IMG/VR virus record: IMGVR_UViG_2521172628_000001
Span: 1-64,000 of that record
Direction: 5' to 3' (one strand)
From: a virus
Taxonomy: Duplodnaviria; Caudoviricetes
DNA: 64,000 nt
Below are positions 45,280-54,460 of this stretch, piece by piece. The stretch's first letter is position 1, and each line of letters opens with the position of its first letter. Made by a program: the position numbers and the translations under genes. The notes under the pieces are model-generated. The model saw only the letters and a list, made by a program, of their open reading frames with translations, made no database searches and was not told the DNA's origin.

Positions 45280-45726
45280 CTAGTGCCGGTTGGTGGTCTT
45301 GGACCAGACGGCCCGGGTCTGGGTGATGCGGGTGTCGTGGTGGACGGGCCCGGTGTACGTCTGGTGGATCTCAGTGGGTGCCGCTTCGCCGGCGCGGCGG
45401 ATGAGCCGGGCGATCGCGAGGGTGAGGGCGGCGAGGCCGCCGAGGGATACGCCGATGACGGTGGGGTCGGCGAAGTCGGAGGCGATCATGACGATGCCGC
45501 CGCCTGTGCACACCATGAGCGACATCCCCCCGAAGGCGATCATGCGGACGCTGTCGTCGGTGGCCTTCTGGCTCATCGCCGGGCGTTCCGGGCGCGGCGC
45601 AGGGGGTGCGGTGCCGGTGCGCCTGGCTTCGTGGATGGCGTTGTCGATGGCGGCCTGGATGACGGCGTCGGCGAGGGGGTTGGGGGCCTGCCCGGTCGTG
45701 GCGGGCGGCTCGGGCAGGTCATACAT
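45280..45726 (-). CDS. Two-TM membrane protein (Spd-like architecture)
   Basis: Pro-rich N-terminus, two hydrophobic helices, EIHQTYTGPVHHD tail. Confidence 0.7.
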   Translation of the reverse strand: MYDLPEPPATTGQAPNPLADAVIQAAIDNAIHEARRTGTAPPAPRPERPAMSQKATDDSVRMIAFGGMSLMVCTGGGIVMIASDFADPTVIGVSLGGLAALTLAIARLIRRAGEAAPTEIHQTYTGPVHHDTRITQTRAVWSKTTNRH

Positions 45727-45749
45727 GGCGGGTGGGTTCCTTTCGGGGG

Positions 45750-46520
45750 TCAGGCGGCTTTGGGGGCTCTGCCGTTGCCGCGGCATTCGGGGCAGACGAC
45801 GAGGATCTGTTCGCCGCCGAAAGCGCCGTGGAGTTTGCCGTTGCCGGAGCATTTCCAGCACTTGCCGGCGGCGATGGCTTTGGCGGGCGCCATGCCCTTG
45901 TTCTTCTTGATCCACTGCTCGTCGGTGAGTCCGGAGTCGGTGACGACCTTCGACGGCATCGCCTCCTTCTCCTTCGGGCCGGCGGCGGGTGTGGCGGTGG
46001 CGGTCTGGGCGTACCAGGCGCCGCCGACGGTCTTGCCGCCGTGCTTGTTCCGTTCGTGGGTGCGCAGGGCTTTCGTGGCTTCGCGGGCGTCGCGGTAGCG
46101 GGGCTTTTCCTTCTTGCCGCAGGGGCAGGCCCAGCCGACGAGGCCGGTGCGCTTGTCGTTGAGCCGGGCCGCCTTGTTGATCTCCCAGCGGGAGACTGTC
46201 TCCTTCGTGGCGGGTGCGGGGCAGGGCTTGGAGCCGGTGAAGGATCCGTCCTTGCCCTTGGTGAAGATCTGCCCGTTGCCGTGGCATTTGGGGCAGCCTT
46301 CGTGGGTGGCGCGGAGGATGGCGGCGTCCTTGCGGGAGCGCAGGACGTCTTGGTGGTCGGCGAACCGGGTGACGACCCTGAGGGCCATCCAGGCGCCGAG
46401 GCGGGCGTGTAGCGGGCCGCGGCGGGGGATCTTGACGCGGGATACGGGGCGGCGGCTTCGGGTGGCGGTCGTGCGGCGCGCCGGGGCCTTCCGGCGGGTC
46501 GCGGTGCGCGTTGCGGCCAT
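45750..46520 (-). CDS. Basic protein with DnaJ-type CxxCxGxG Zn fingers
   Basis: CPKCHGNG, CWKCSGNG, CPECRGNG; GAGGAG RBS. Confidence 0.8.
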   Translation of the reverse strand: MAATRTATRRKAPARRTTATRSRRPVSRVKIPRRGPLHARLGAWMALRVVTRFADHQDVLRSRKDAAILRATHEGCPKCHGNGQIFTKGKDGSFTGSKPCPAPATKETVSRWEINKAARLNDKRTGLVGWACPCGKKEKPRYRDAREATKALRTHERNKHGGKTVGGAWYAQTATATPAAGPKEKEAMPSKVVTDSGLTDEQWIKKNKGMAPAKAIAAGKCWKCSGNGKLHGAFGGEQILVVCPECRGNGRAPKAA

Positions 46521-46567
46521 GAACGGGACTCCTCAGGCGAGTGATCGATTTGTTGCGGTTTGCGAGG

Positions 46568-46719
46568 TGCTCAATGGGTGCTCACGGCTGCTCCGTTGCA
46601 GGTCAGGGCTGCTCAGTGACCTGCTCAATGGGTGCTCAAGATCTTGTTGAGCAGTTAGCTGAGCAGCGGGTTGAGCGGCTCTGACCTGCGGTTGAGCAGC
46701 GCTGAGCACCTCTTGAGCA
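46568..46719. repeat. Symmetric TGCTCA/TGAGCA repeat array, clt-like
   Basis: Six TGCTCA-type hexamers mirrored by six TGAGCA-type, mostly 10-12 bp apart, right after the FtsK/TraB gene. Confidence 0.85.
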
Positions 46720-46728
46720 GGGAATTTT

Positions 46729-48741
46729 CTAGGTCAAAGCGGTCAGGGCTTCGAGCTTGAAGCCGCGCGGATTGTTCTCGCCGTTCAGGTAGCCGAGCGT
46801 CACGGGAGACCCAGCCCCGGCGTCCTTCAGCAGCTTGCGAAGCTCGGCCGCACCAAGGTCGCCGTACAGCTCCGGGTTGAGATCACCCAGTGCCTCGGTG
46901 AGCGTCTCGGTCTTCATCCGGTCCACGCCCGCATCGGCCATGACCTCGATCGCATCGAGCACGATCTGCCGATCGCCGGAGATCCGCTTCGACTCCGCTC
47001 CCCCGTCGGCGAGATGCAGCAGTCCAGCCGCCTGAAGCGTGTCGCGGTCGAACCACGGCCGGCCTGCGGCGACCCGGTCGGCGACGGCCCGCTTGATGCC
47101 GTCCCGGGAGTGCTCGTTCCACCCGTACAGCAGCGGGCGGTCGAGCCCCGGGCCCTTGATGTAGGACTGGCCGGCGTCGTTCTTGATGTCCTTGTTCTGG
47201 GCGGGCACCAGGCGGTCGGGGCGGTAGCCCTTCGCTGCGGACCCCTGGCCGAAGACGATGCGGATGTCGTCCCAGCGGGCGGCCAGCATGACCCTGAGAG
47301 TGAAGGAGTCGGCGATCGCGTCCCCCATGGCCTCGCTCGTAGCGTCCTGACCTGCTGCAATCGGATAGATCCCGGACTGCTTGGCCAGGCGCAGCAGTTC
47401 GATGAACAGCTCCTTCGCCTTGGGGCTGAGGTAGATGAACTCGTCTACGAACGGGAAGATCGCCGGATGCTCGCGGGTGGGGATCCACGTGTCGCCCATG
47501 TCGAGCCGGTTCCGCACGGTGTTGCGGGCCGTGGCCATCTTGACCAGGTAGCCGAGCCACTCCTCGCACGCCTTGTTGCCGCGGATCGGAGGCGTGGCCA
47601 TGACGCCCTCAAACTCGCGCAGCCCGTCCTTGACGGGATCCAGGTCGAGGCCGATCGCGTTGTGGCAGGCGGTGATGACCTCGGCAAGGTCGCGGAGCAC
47701 GCCGGTGGTCTTGGCCGCGCCAGACACTCCGATGACGAGAATCCGCAGGCCCTCCAGGACCAGATCGAGCGGGGATCCGTCCATGCAGCGACCGAAGTTG
47801 TGCGCCTCGGTGATGTCGAGACTGTTCGGGGCGTGAATCGCCGGCTTCGTCATGGCCTCGAACGGGTTGCCGGTGACGAGACGCAGCACGATGTGCGCGG
47901 ACTCGGCCGGGTCGGGGTCGATGAGCGTGCCGCCCTGCTTGATGTTGAAGTGGGAGTCCAGCTGCTCGGCGACCGCGTTGACCTTGCCGGGGGTGGAGCC
48001 CTTGAGGACGACGTCGATCTCCCAGAACTTGCCGCGGAAGCCAAGCGCGCGCACCGCACGGGTGCCGATGCCTTCGTAGGCGAGCGCCCGTGACACGCAC
48101 TCCTCGACCTGGTCGGGCGACTGGGCGAGGGCGAGCGGGAACGGCTCGTCGCTGTTGGGGTCGTCCTGCTCGGCGATGATCTGCTGGGGGGCGAGGCCCG
48201 GGTTGTTGATCCGGTAGCGGCCGTAGATGGCGACTGCGGCGGCGGCGACTGCGGCGGTGAGGCTGGGCGGGATCTTCCACGACCAGTCGGCGGCGGTCAT
48301 GCCGGCGAACTTCACGAGCGCCCACCAGCCGGCCAGGTTGAGCCCGGCGACGGCGGCGGCGGACCAGCCGAGGAACCGCCACCGCTTCTTGCGGATGATG
48401 TCGACCTTGTTCCAGTCGGCGCCGCGGGACATGCCGCCCAGCACCTCTTGGAGGTCGTGGGCGCGCACGTACCGCCAGCCGAGGACTCCGACCGCCTTCA
48501 GGCCGGCGCCGAAGTAGCGGACGGACAGGCCGGAGAAGCGGGCGGTCTTCGCGACGGCGACCATCGCGGCCCCGCCCGTCTTCGTCAGCACGGGCAGGCG
48601 CGGCTCGTAGGGGACGACGATGCCGGGAGCGATGTCGTCGACGTCCTCGCCGGACAGGTCGTCGGGCACGAGCAGCTCGCCGGGGATCACCTTGCTGGTA
48701 TCCCAGTCGGCGGGGAACTCGGGGTGCTGGTCGAGGCTCAT
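46729..48741 (-). CDS. FtsK/SpoIIIE-family DNA translocase, TraB-like
   Basis: Two TM helices, variant Walker A GVSGAAKTT, LDLDPVK, Walker B FVDEF, AAGQ, C-terminal wHTH-sized domain. Confidence 0.82.
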   Translation of the reverse strand: MSLDQHPEFPADWDTSKVIPGELLVPDDLSGEDVDDIAPGIVVPYEPRLPVLTKTGGAAMVAVAKTARFSGLSVRYFGAGLKAVGVLGWRYVRAHDLQEVLGGMSRGADWNKVDIIRKKRWRFLGWSAAAVAGLNLAGWWALVKFAGMTAADWSWKIPPSLTAAVAAAAVAIYGRYRINNPGLAPQQIIAEQDDPNSDEPFPLALAQSPDQVEECVSRALAYEGIGTRAVRALGFRGKFWEIDVVLKGSTPGKVNAVAEQLDSHFNIKQGGTLIDPDPAESAHIVLRLVTGNPFEAMTKPAIHAPNSLDITEAHNFGRCMDGSPLDLVLEGLRILVIGVSGAAKTTGVLRDLAEVITACHNAIGLDLDPVKDGLREFEGVMATPPIRGNKACEEWLGYLVKMATARNTVRNRLDMGDTWIPTREHPAIFPFVDEFIYLSPKAKELFIELLRLAKQSGIYPIAAGQDATSEAMGDAIADSFTLRVMLAARWDDIRIVFGQGSAAKGYRPDRLVPAQNKDIKNDAGQSYIKGPGLDRPLLYGWNEHSRDGIKRAVADRVAAGRPWFDRDTLQAAGLLHLADGGAESKRISGDRQIVLDAIEVMADAGVDRMKTETLTEALGDLNPELYGDLGAAELRKLLKDAGAGSPVTLGYLNGENNPRGFKLEALTALT

Positions 48742-50087
48742 GACTCGTCCTTCTGGCGGGTGTTCGCGGCGCGCTTGGCGTCGGCTGCGAGGGTTCGAGC
48801 GACGGGGTGGAACTTGGGTGTGTCGTTGCGCTTACGGCGGGGCGGAACGGGCCGGTAGGAGGAGGCACTTCGGGCCGCCTTCACTTGGATCGCACGCTGC
48901 GCGTTTGTGGTCTTGCTGAGAGTGTTCACAGGGGTGCCGGAGAGGGCTGCTTCAACGCGCGCCTCGGCCTTGCGGCGGGAGCTGATGGACTCGATGGACT
49001 CACCCGGGTCGCAGCCCTGGATGTTGCGGTAGGCGCGCGCCCAGACGGCCTCGGTGACGGTCACCTCGCCGACGGCCGCAGCGATCTTCTCGGCCTCGTC
49101 CCACACCTCCGGGAACTCCTCAGCGCGGGCGGCGGCCAGCATCTCGGCGGCTTCCTTCGCGGCCTGATCGGCGGCTTCCTTCTCGGAGCCCTTCCGGTCC
49201 TCCTCGGCCGCTTTCGCCGCGGCCTCCGCCTTGGCCGCCTTCTTGGCCGCCGCACGCTCGCGCCGGGTGAGCACGCCCTCCCGCTTGCGGAGTCGCCCGT
49301 TCTCGTGGAGGTCCCACACGCCGGGGCCAGCGATGGAGGCGAACGCGGTCGCAACAGCGGTGCCGGGGTCGAAGGAGTGGAGGCCGTGGTAGAGGTTCAC
49401 GCCGGCCGCGAGGAAGGCGAGCAGCCACACGATGGTCCGGTAGTGCCACACCGGGCGCCTGGAGACGGCTGCCGCGCGGGCTCCGCGGTGAACAACCCAG
49501 GCCGCACCTTCGAGCATGATCGGGGCAGCTGCCATCCATGGAGCCTTCGGGTTCCAGAAGAACGACATCTGGACGGGCAGGGAGACGATGCCGCAGACGA
49601 TCGCGAACTTGATCGCATAGGACCGCCACTTGTCGTCGGCCGCCTGAATCTCAGCCGCTGCGGCGGCCTCGGCGGCCTGCTGCTCCTCGACCTCGCGAGC
49701 CTCTTCCCACTGGGCACGCTCGGCGGCGGCCCTACGCCGGTTGTTCTCGGCGATCCGGGCGTCGGATGCCGATGCGGCTTCGCGGTCCTTGCGCTCCTGC
49801 CGGTCGTTGGCGAGCCGGGCCTTGCGGGCATTCTCCTCGGCCTCTGCGCGGATGGCGTCGGCCTCCGCCCGAGCCTTGATCAGGCGCTCTTCCTTGGCAG
49901 CCTCCGCGGCAACGCGCCGCTCTTCGGCTTCGGCCCACGCCTTGGCGCGCGCGACCTCGGCGTCAACGGCCGGCTCGGGCTGGGGGGTGCGCTGTTCCTC
50001 GGCGGGTTCGGGTGTGGCGGGCCGCCAGTCCCCGAGTACGGGCATGGTCGGCCTCTTGTGGCCGTTCAGGGGCGGGCTGGCGGTCAT
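48738..50087 (-). CDS. SpdB/DUF2637-like membrane protein
   Basis: Coiled coil, four TM segments (PIMLEGAAW, AAGVNLYHG), basic C-terminus; ATGA-coupled to the TraB-like gene. Confidence 0.72.
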   Translation of the reverse strand: MTASPPLNGHKRPTMPVLGDWRPATPEPAEEQRTPQPEPAVDAEVARAKAWAEAEERRVAAEAAKEERLIKARAEADAIRAEAEENARKARLANDRQERKDREAASASDARIAENNRRRAAAERAQWEEAREVEEQQAAEAAAAAEIQAADDKWRSYAIKFAIVCGIVSLPVQMSFFWNPKAPWMAAAPIMLEGAAWVVHRGARAAAVSRRPVWHYRTIVWLLAFLAAGVNLYHGLHSFDPGTAVATAFASIAGPGVWDLHENGRLRKREGVLTRRERAAAKKAAKAEAAAKAAEEDRKGSEKEAADQAAKEAAEMLAAARAEEFPEVWDEAEKIAAAVGEVTVTEAVWARAYRNIQGCDPGESIESISSRRKAEARVEAALSGTPVNTLSKTTNAQRAIQVKAARSASSYRPVPPRRKRNDTPKFHPVARTLAADAKRAANTRQKDES

Positions 50088-50111
50088 GGTGGTTCGGTGT
50101 CCTTTCGTTGA

Positions 50112-50306
50112 TCAGCGGGAGCGGCGGCGGGTGGACCTGTATCCGAAGGGGCCGGGAAGGTCGACCGAGGTGGTGGTGCGGCCAGTGCTGGACCAGGTGC
50201 GCTTCGGCCCGTTGCGCGGGCCGACGGTGATCGACCACGACTTGGCGTTGACGTTGATGCGGACGCCGGGCAGGACCCGGAAGCTCTTGCGGAACGTGAT
50301 CGGCAT
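50112..50306 (-). CDS. DUF4236-like small basic protein
   Basis: FRKSFRVLPGVRINV...SVDLPG. Confidence 0.75.
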   Translation of the reverse strand: MPITFRKSFRVLPGVRINVNAKSWSITVGPRNGPKRTWSSTGRTTTSVDLPGPFGYRSTRRRSR

Positions 50307-50311
50307 TGCGG

Positions 50312-50578
50312 TCACCGCTTCCCGAAGCGGCCGTTGCCGAGGACGCTGAAGGACCGCATTGCACTGCCGCCGTTGTCGTCGGTGCGCTCGACGAGAACGT
50401 GGCCAGAGCGGCGCTCCACGCTCCAGCCGCGGCGCTCGTACTCGCGCAGCTCGGCCTCACCGATCGTGCTGTGGTCGACCGGCTGCTGCCGGGCCGCGCG
50501 ACGCTCACGCCGGGTCGGCGGGGTGCCAGTGGCGTCAGGTGTGTCGGACTGCGGGTACTTCGGTGTGAACCAGCCCAT
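50312..50578 (-). CDS. Hypothetical protein
   Basis: GAGGAG RBS; MGWFTPKYP. Confidence 0.65.
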   Translation of the reverse strand: MGWFTPKYPQSDTPDATGTPPTRRERRAARQQPVDHSTIGEAELREYERRGWSVERRSGHVLVERTDDNGGSAMRSFSVLGNGRFGKR

Positions 50579-50595
50579 GACGGGCTCCTCTCAGG

Positions 50596-50892
50596 TCAGG
50601 CGGGCGCGCCGGTGCGCGCACGGTGGAATTCACGGATGAACTCGTCTGTCAGGCCGGAGCCGACCGCCGCCCCGACCGGCCCGATGCCGGTCACGGAGGC
50701 GGCCCACAACTCCAGCCACGCGGCCCTGGTCGCCACGTAGTTGACGATCGGCCGGGCGCAGCGCACGGTCAGGACGACGGCGCCGAGCCCGGCCATCACC
50801 GCCAGGGCGAGGGCCTTCAGCGCCCACCGGCCGGCCTGAACGGCGGCACGATGGAGCCGACCGGGCTTCGCGGTGATCAGATACGGGCGCAT
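50596..50892 (-). CDS. Small membrane protein
   Basis: Hydrophobic helix ALKALALAVMAGLGAVVL. Confidence 0.6.
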   Translation of the reverse strand: MRPYLITAKPGRLHRAAVQAGRWALKALALAVMAGLGAVVLTVRCARPIVNYVATRAAWLELWAASVTGIGPVGAAVGSGLTDEFIREFHRARTGAPA

Positions 50893-51030
50893 GAAGGCCT
50901 CTCTCGGGGCTGGTGCGGAGTGGCAATGCTGCTGGTCGTGCAGGGCGCCGCACCAGCGATGCGGTCCCCGGCAAGGCCAGGAGGTGCCGGGCGGGGCAGG
51001 GGGATGGACCCCGCCCGGCGGATCAGGGGG

Positions 51031-51225
51031 TCAGGACGCGGTGACGCGGAGATGGCGGCGGAGACGAACGTCCTGGCCCTGCCGGGAGCCGTCCGGGGTG
51101 GGATGCCGCCCATTCCAGTCGTCGTCACCCGGGCCGGCGCCCTGCCAGGCGCGGGACGGCTTCGGGCCGCGCGAGTCATCGGTACGGGCCACACCGCCCT
51201 GCTGCGTGTTCCGCCAGGCGGCCAT
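51031..51225 (-). CDS. Hypothetical protein
   Basis: TGATG-coupled ORF. Confidence 0.45.
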   Translation of the reverse strand: MAAWRNTQQGGVARTDDSRGPKPSRAWQGAGPGDDDWNGRHPTPDGSRQGQDVRLRRHLRVTAS

Positions 51226-51434
51226 CAGGCGGCGGCCGGGTAGTCGAAGCCGTCGAGCTGCGCCTGCAGCTCCGGGTCGGCGGCGAGGCGGATCTCCGCC
51301 CGGCGGGCCCGGCTGGCAGCCGCGTACTCGGCGAACAGGTCGGAGATCGACAGCGCCGTCGGGACGAAGACGCGCGCACGCTCGGCACCGCCCGTCAGCG
51401 TGGCGTGGTCGGCGGAGAACAGGTACGGGGACAT
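51225..51434 (-). CDS. Hypothetical protein
   Basis: AAAGGA RBS; EIRLAADPEL. Confidence 0.65.
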   Translation of the reverse strand: MSPYLFSADHATLTGGAERARVFVPTALSISDLFAEYAAASRARRAEIRLAADPELQAQLDGFDYPAAA

Positions 51435-51479
51435 GACGGGGTCCTTTCAGGACGTGGGGGTGCAATGGGGTAGGGCGGG

Positions 51480-51656
51480 TCAGTTGATCTGGACGTAGGT
51501 GACGGTGCGGCTGACGTCGAAGTTGACGATCGAGTCGCAGTTGCCGCACTGGAAGCCGCAGCGGTACTTGTCCATCGCGGCGTCGCAACAGCGCGGGGTC
51601 TCGGCGAGGCCGAGCTCGTCACCCTCGTCCAGGGCGCTGATGTCGATCTGAGACAC
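51480..51656 (-). CDS. Small Zn-ribbon protein
   Basis: GAGGAG RBS; PRCCD...FQCGNC. Confidence 0.6.
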   Translation of the reverse strand: MSQIDISALDEGDELGLAETPRCCDAAMDKYRCGFQCGNCDSIVNFDVSRTVTYVQIN

Positions 51657-51774
51657 GGCTGATCTCCTCGGTTGGTCATGCCGGGATGGGTGGACTGACG
51701 CTGGTCTGGCTAGGAGGCCGCCCCGTCGGGGGTGGTCGGAGCGGCCTTCGAGCCGGGCCAGGGCCCGGGGCGGG

Positions 51775-51981
51775 TCAGTAGCCGGTGCGGTTGAGGGCGG
51801 CGCTGGACTCGCGGGCCGCGTCGGCCACCTCGCGGAGACTGGCGGCGGTGCCGCGCTGGATGTCGGCGGCGATGTCGTGGCCCTGGGAGTCGAGGTCGGC
51901 GGCGACTCGCTCCAGGCCGTTCGCGTAGCCGTCGTACTCGGCGGCGATCGCTGCACGCTGCTCAGCGGTGTAACGGGGCAT
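51775..51981 (-). CDS. Hypothetical protein
   Basis: GAGGAG RBS; MPRYTAEQRAA. Confidence 0.65.
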   Translation of the reverse strand: MPRYTAEQRAAIAAEYDGYANGLERVAADLDSQGHDIAADIQRGTAASLREVADAARESSAALNRTGY

Positions 51982-52153
51982 GGCGGGACTCCTCGGGAAG
52001 GTAGGGGTGGGGCGGGGGTGGGATGCCTCGGTGGCGGGACTGGGGGATTGTCGGACCGCCACCGAGGCGGTCTATGGGGTCAGCGGGTGGGGTGCTCGCT
52101 GCGGTCGTTGACCTCGCGCAGGCGGCGCATCATCCGCTCGTAGTCGGCGGCAC

Positions 52154-52327
52154 TCACTGCTGCTCGCCGTCCTGGTCCGGCACGACGACCAGGAACCGGT
52201 CGGAGCGGATCTCGGCAACCACCGTCGCGGGAACACCTGCGTCACGGAACTGCTGCGCCTGCTCCTCCGCCGGACGACTGCCGCGAGGATGACCCATCGG
52301 GGAGGTGGCGAGGATGCGGCGGCTCAT
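52154..52327 (-). CDS. Hypothetical protein
   Basis: ATGA-coupled; GVPATVV...DRFLVV. Confidence 0.6.
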   Translation of the reverse strand: MSRRILATSPMGHPRGSRPAEEQAQQFRDAGVPATVVAEIRSDRFLVVVPDQDGEQQ

Positions 52328-52779
52328 CGCGCAACCTCGACGAGGTCGAGCCGTCCGGCGGCCTTCAGCCGGCACAGGCAGTCCCGCATCTCGTCCTGCG
52401 CGGACAAGCAGCGCTCGATGTTCCCGGCCTGGGAGGCGGCCGAGCAGCGGGCCGAGGCGTCCCGGTAGCGGGTCGCGGCCTCGAAGGGGGCGATCAAGTC
52501 CAGGCGGCCCGCGGCACCCAGCGTCAAGACCGACTCGACGACCGTGTCGTGCGCCGCCTTGAACGAGTCGAACTCCGCCGGCGACCACTGCGAAGCGGGC
52601 TTCCCGGCCAGCTCGTCGCGCCGGGCCGACGCCGCTTCGAAACGGCGCACCGCACGGACGATCGGGAGCGGGAGCGGGGCGGTACAGACGTAGGACGCCG
52701 CGTCGTGGGCCTTGCGGTCGGCCAAGGACATGCCCTGGTCGTCGGCGCTCTGGGGCGCCGGTACGATCTGCGTAGCCAT
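52324..52779 (-). CDS. Hypothetical protein with internal duplication
   Basis: AAGRLDL occurs twice; first gene of the minus-strand transfer operon. Confidence 0.7.
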   Translation of the reverse strand: MATQIVPAPQSADDQGMSLADRKAHDAASYVCTAPLPLPIVRAVRRFEAASARRDELAGKPASQWSPAEFDSFKAAHDTVVESVLTLGAAGRLDLIAPFEAATRYRDASARCSAASQAGNIERCLSAQDEMRDCLCRLKAAGRLDLVEVAR

Positions 52780-52947
52780 GAGGGGACCCTTCAGAGATTC
52801 CTCGTGGTTAGGCCCTGGCCTGGGAGTGGAGTCCCGGTGCTGGGGCCGTCTTCGTTTGTGGGGTGCGGCCTGTGGAGCGGTCGCTGAAGCTTCGGGCGGT
52901 GGAGCGCCGTTCGCTTCAACACCATCCTGAAGCCAGTCTGAGGCTCT

Positions 52948-52994
52948 GTCAACACCCTCTTGAGAACTGGCGTGTTGACTTCTACTCTGAGCTC
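52948..52994 (+). promoter_or_regulatory. Leaderless sigma70-type promoter with inverted-repeat operator
   Basis: TTGAGA-17nt-TACTCT-6nt-ATG; GTCAACAC...GTGTTGAC inverted repeat around the -35. Confidence 0.7.
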
Positions 52995-53330
52995 ATGACA
53001 GATGCGTTCGCGGAGTCCCTGGAGGCGAAAGTCGCCCAAGTTGAAGCCATAGACGACCTGCTCGCGCGAGGCCGCGCCGCGATCGAGGCCCGCCAGTTGC
53101 TGGCGGTCAGCGACCGCGATCTCTACGCGATTCAGCAGGCCGCCTTGCAAGGACTGCGTGAGGGACGCACGTGGGCGCAGGTGGGCGAACTGTTCGGGCG
53201 CACACATGCCTGGGCAGAAGCCATCGCCAAGGGGCGCAGCGCGAAGCGGGGAAAGACTGACCATGCCGCCGAGTCAACGCCTCGCGCGGGCGCGGCAGAA
53301 GGACGTGACCCCGACATCGATCAGTCGTAA
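52995..53330 (+). CDS. HTH regulator divergent from the transfer operon
   Basis: GRTWAQVGELFGRTHAWAEAIAKG. Confidence 0.78.
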   Translation: MTDAFAESLEAKVAQVEAIDDLLARGRAAIEARQLLAVSDRDLYAIQQAALQGLREGRTWAQVGELFGRTHAWAEAIAKGRSAKRGKTDHAAESTPRAGAAEGRDPDIDQS

Positions 53331-53411
53331 CAGCAGCACCTAGACACGGCGGCGCCACCGAGTGGACACCGCCACGCCAGACCCGAGCGCAGCGAGCACG
53401 GGAGCAGCAGA

Positions 53412-54050
53412 GTGGATGTCGTCGGCACCTGGACAGGCCGATCAGCATGCCTCCTCCAAGAGGCGATGCGGATGACGAACGAGGCGTTCGGCGAACGCCT
53501 CGGGATCTCTCCCCGCACTATCACCCGGTGGCATCAGGCGCCGGAGATGACCCATCGAATCGAGGTCCAGCAGATCCTCGACACGGCATACGAGCAGGCA
53601 GGTGAGGCGGTGCAGCGACGGTTCGCGCTTCTCATGAGGCCCGCCGAGCCGCGCGTGACCGCGCAGGCCCTGCGGGTAGCGATAGCCGTCGTGCTGCGCG
53701 GAAATGATGTGCTGCTGGTTTGCCGGCGCGGGGACGGCGAGCTGCGCTGGCAGTTCCCGGCCGGCATGGTCAAGCCGGGCGCCACACCGGAAACGGTCGC
53801 CGTCCAGGAGACACACGGCGAGACGGGCGTGCACTGCATCATCCGCGAGCAGCTGGGTGAACGCGTCCACCCGGTTACCGGTGTCGTCGCGGCGTACTTC
53901 CTCGCCGATCACCTGGCGGGCGAGGCGCGAAACCTCGACCCGCTGGAGAACGTCGACGTGACGTGGGTGCCGCGTTCGGCGCTGACCCGGTTCATTCCGC
54001 AAGACCAGATCTTCCCGCCGATCCTGAGCGCCTTGGAGGCCATCGCATGA
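53412..54050 (+). CDS. XRE-like HTH fused to a degenerate Nudix domain
   Basis: MTNEAFGERLGISPRTITRW; WQFPAGMVKPGATPETVAVQETHGETG. Confidence 0.85.
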   Translation: MDVVGTWTGRSACLLQEAMRMTNEAFGERLGISPRTITRWHQAPEMTHRIEVQQILDTAYEQAGEAVQRRFALLMRPAEPRVTAQALRVAIAVVLRGNDVLLVCRRGDGELRWQFPAGMVKPGATPETVAVQETHGETGVHCIIREQLGERVHPVTGVVAAYFLADHLAGEARNLDPLENVDVTWVPRSALTRFIPQDQIFPPILSALEAIA

Positions 54051-54460
54051 CGACCGAGACGACCACCGAGAAGCCGGGCATCTCCGCCGCGATCATCGTC
54101 AGCTCTGGGCGCGTCCTGATGGTGCGGCGCCGCGTCTCCGAGGGCGAGCTGATGTGGCAGTTCCCGGCCGGCGCTATCGAGGCCGGCGAGTCCGCGGAAG
54201 AAGCTGCCACCCGGGAGACGGAGGAGGAGACCGGCCTGACCGTGAAGGCGATCCGCCTCCTCGGGGAGCGGGTCCACCCGAAGACACAGCGGCTGATGTC
54301 GTACACGGCCTGCGAGCCCGTCTCCGGCGAAGCGCACGTGGCCGACGATGACGAGCTCGACGCGGTCGCCTGGGTGAGCCTCGACGAGATCCCCGAATAC
54401 GTGCCCTACGGCCTGTTCGGCCCGGTGCAGGAGTACCTGGATGAGGTGCTGGCGGGCTGA
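54047..54460 (+). CDS. Nudix hydrolase (MutT-like)
   Basis: Canonical Nudix box GAIEAGESAEEAATRETEEETGL. Confidence 0.92.
   Translation: MTTETTTEKPGISAAIIVSSGRVLMVRRRVSEGELMWQFPAGAIEAGESAEEAATRETEEETGLTVKAIRLLGERVHPKTQRLMSYTACEPVSGEAHVADDDELDAVAWVSLDEIPEYVPYGLFGPVQEYLDEVLAG

Noticed and set aside
46568-46719. Possible CRISPR array
   Set aside because: Units are 6-bp sites with about 5-bp spacers in inverted arms; no 25-40 bp repeats and no cas genes
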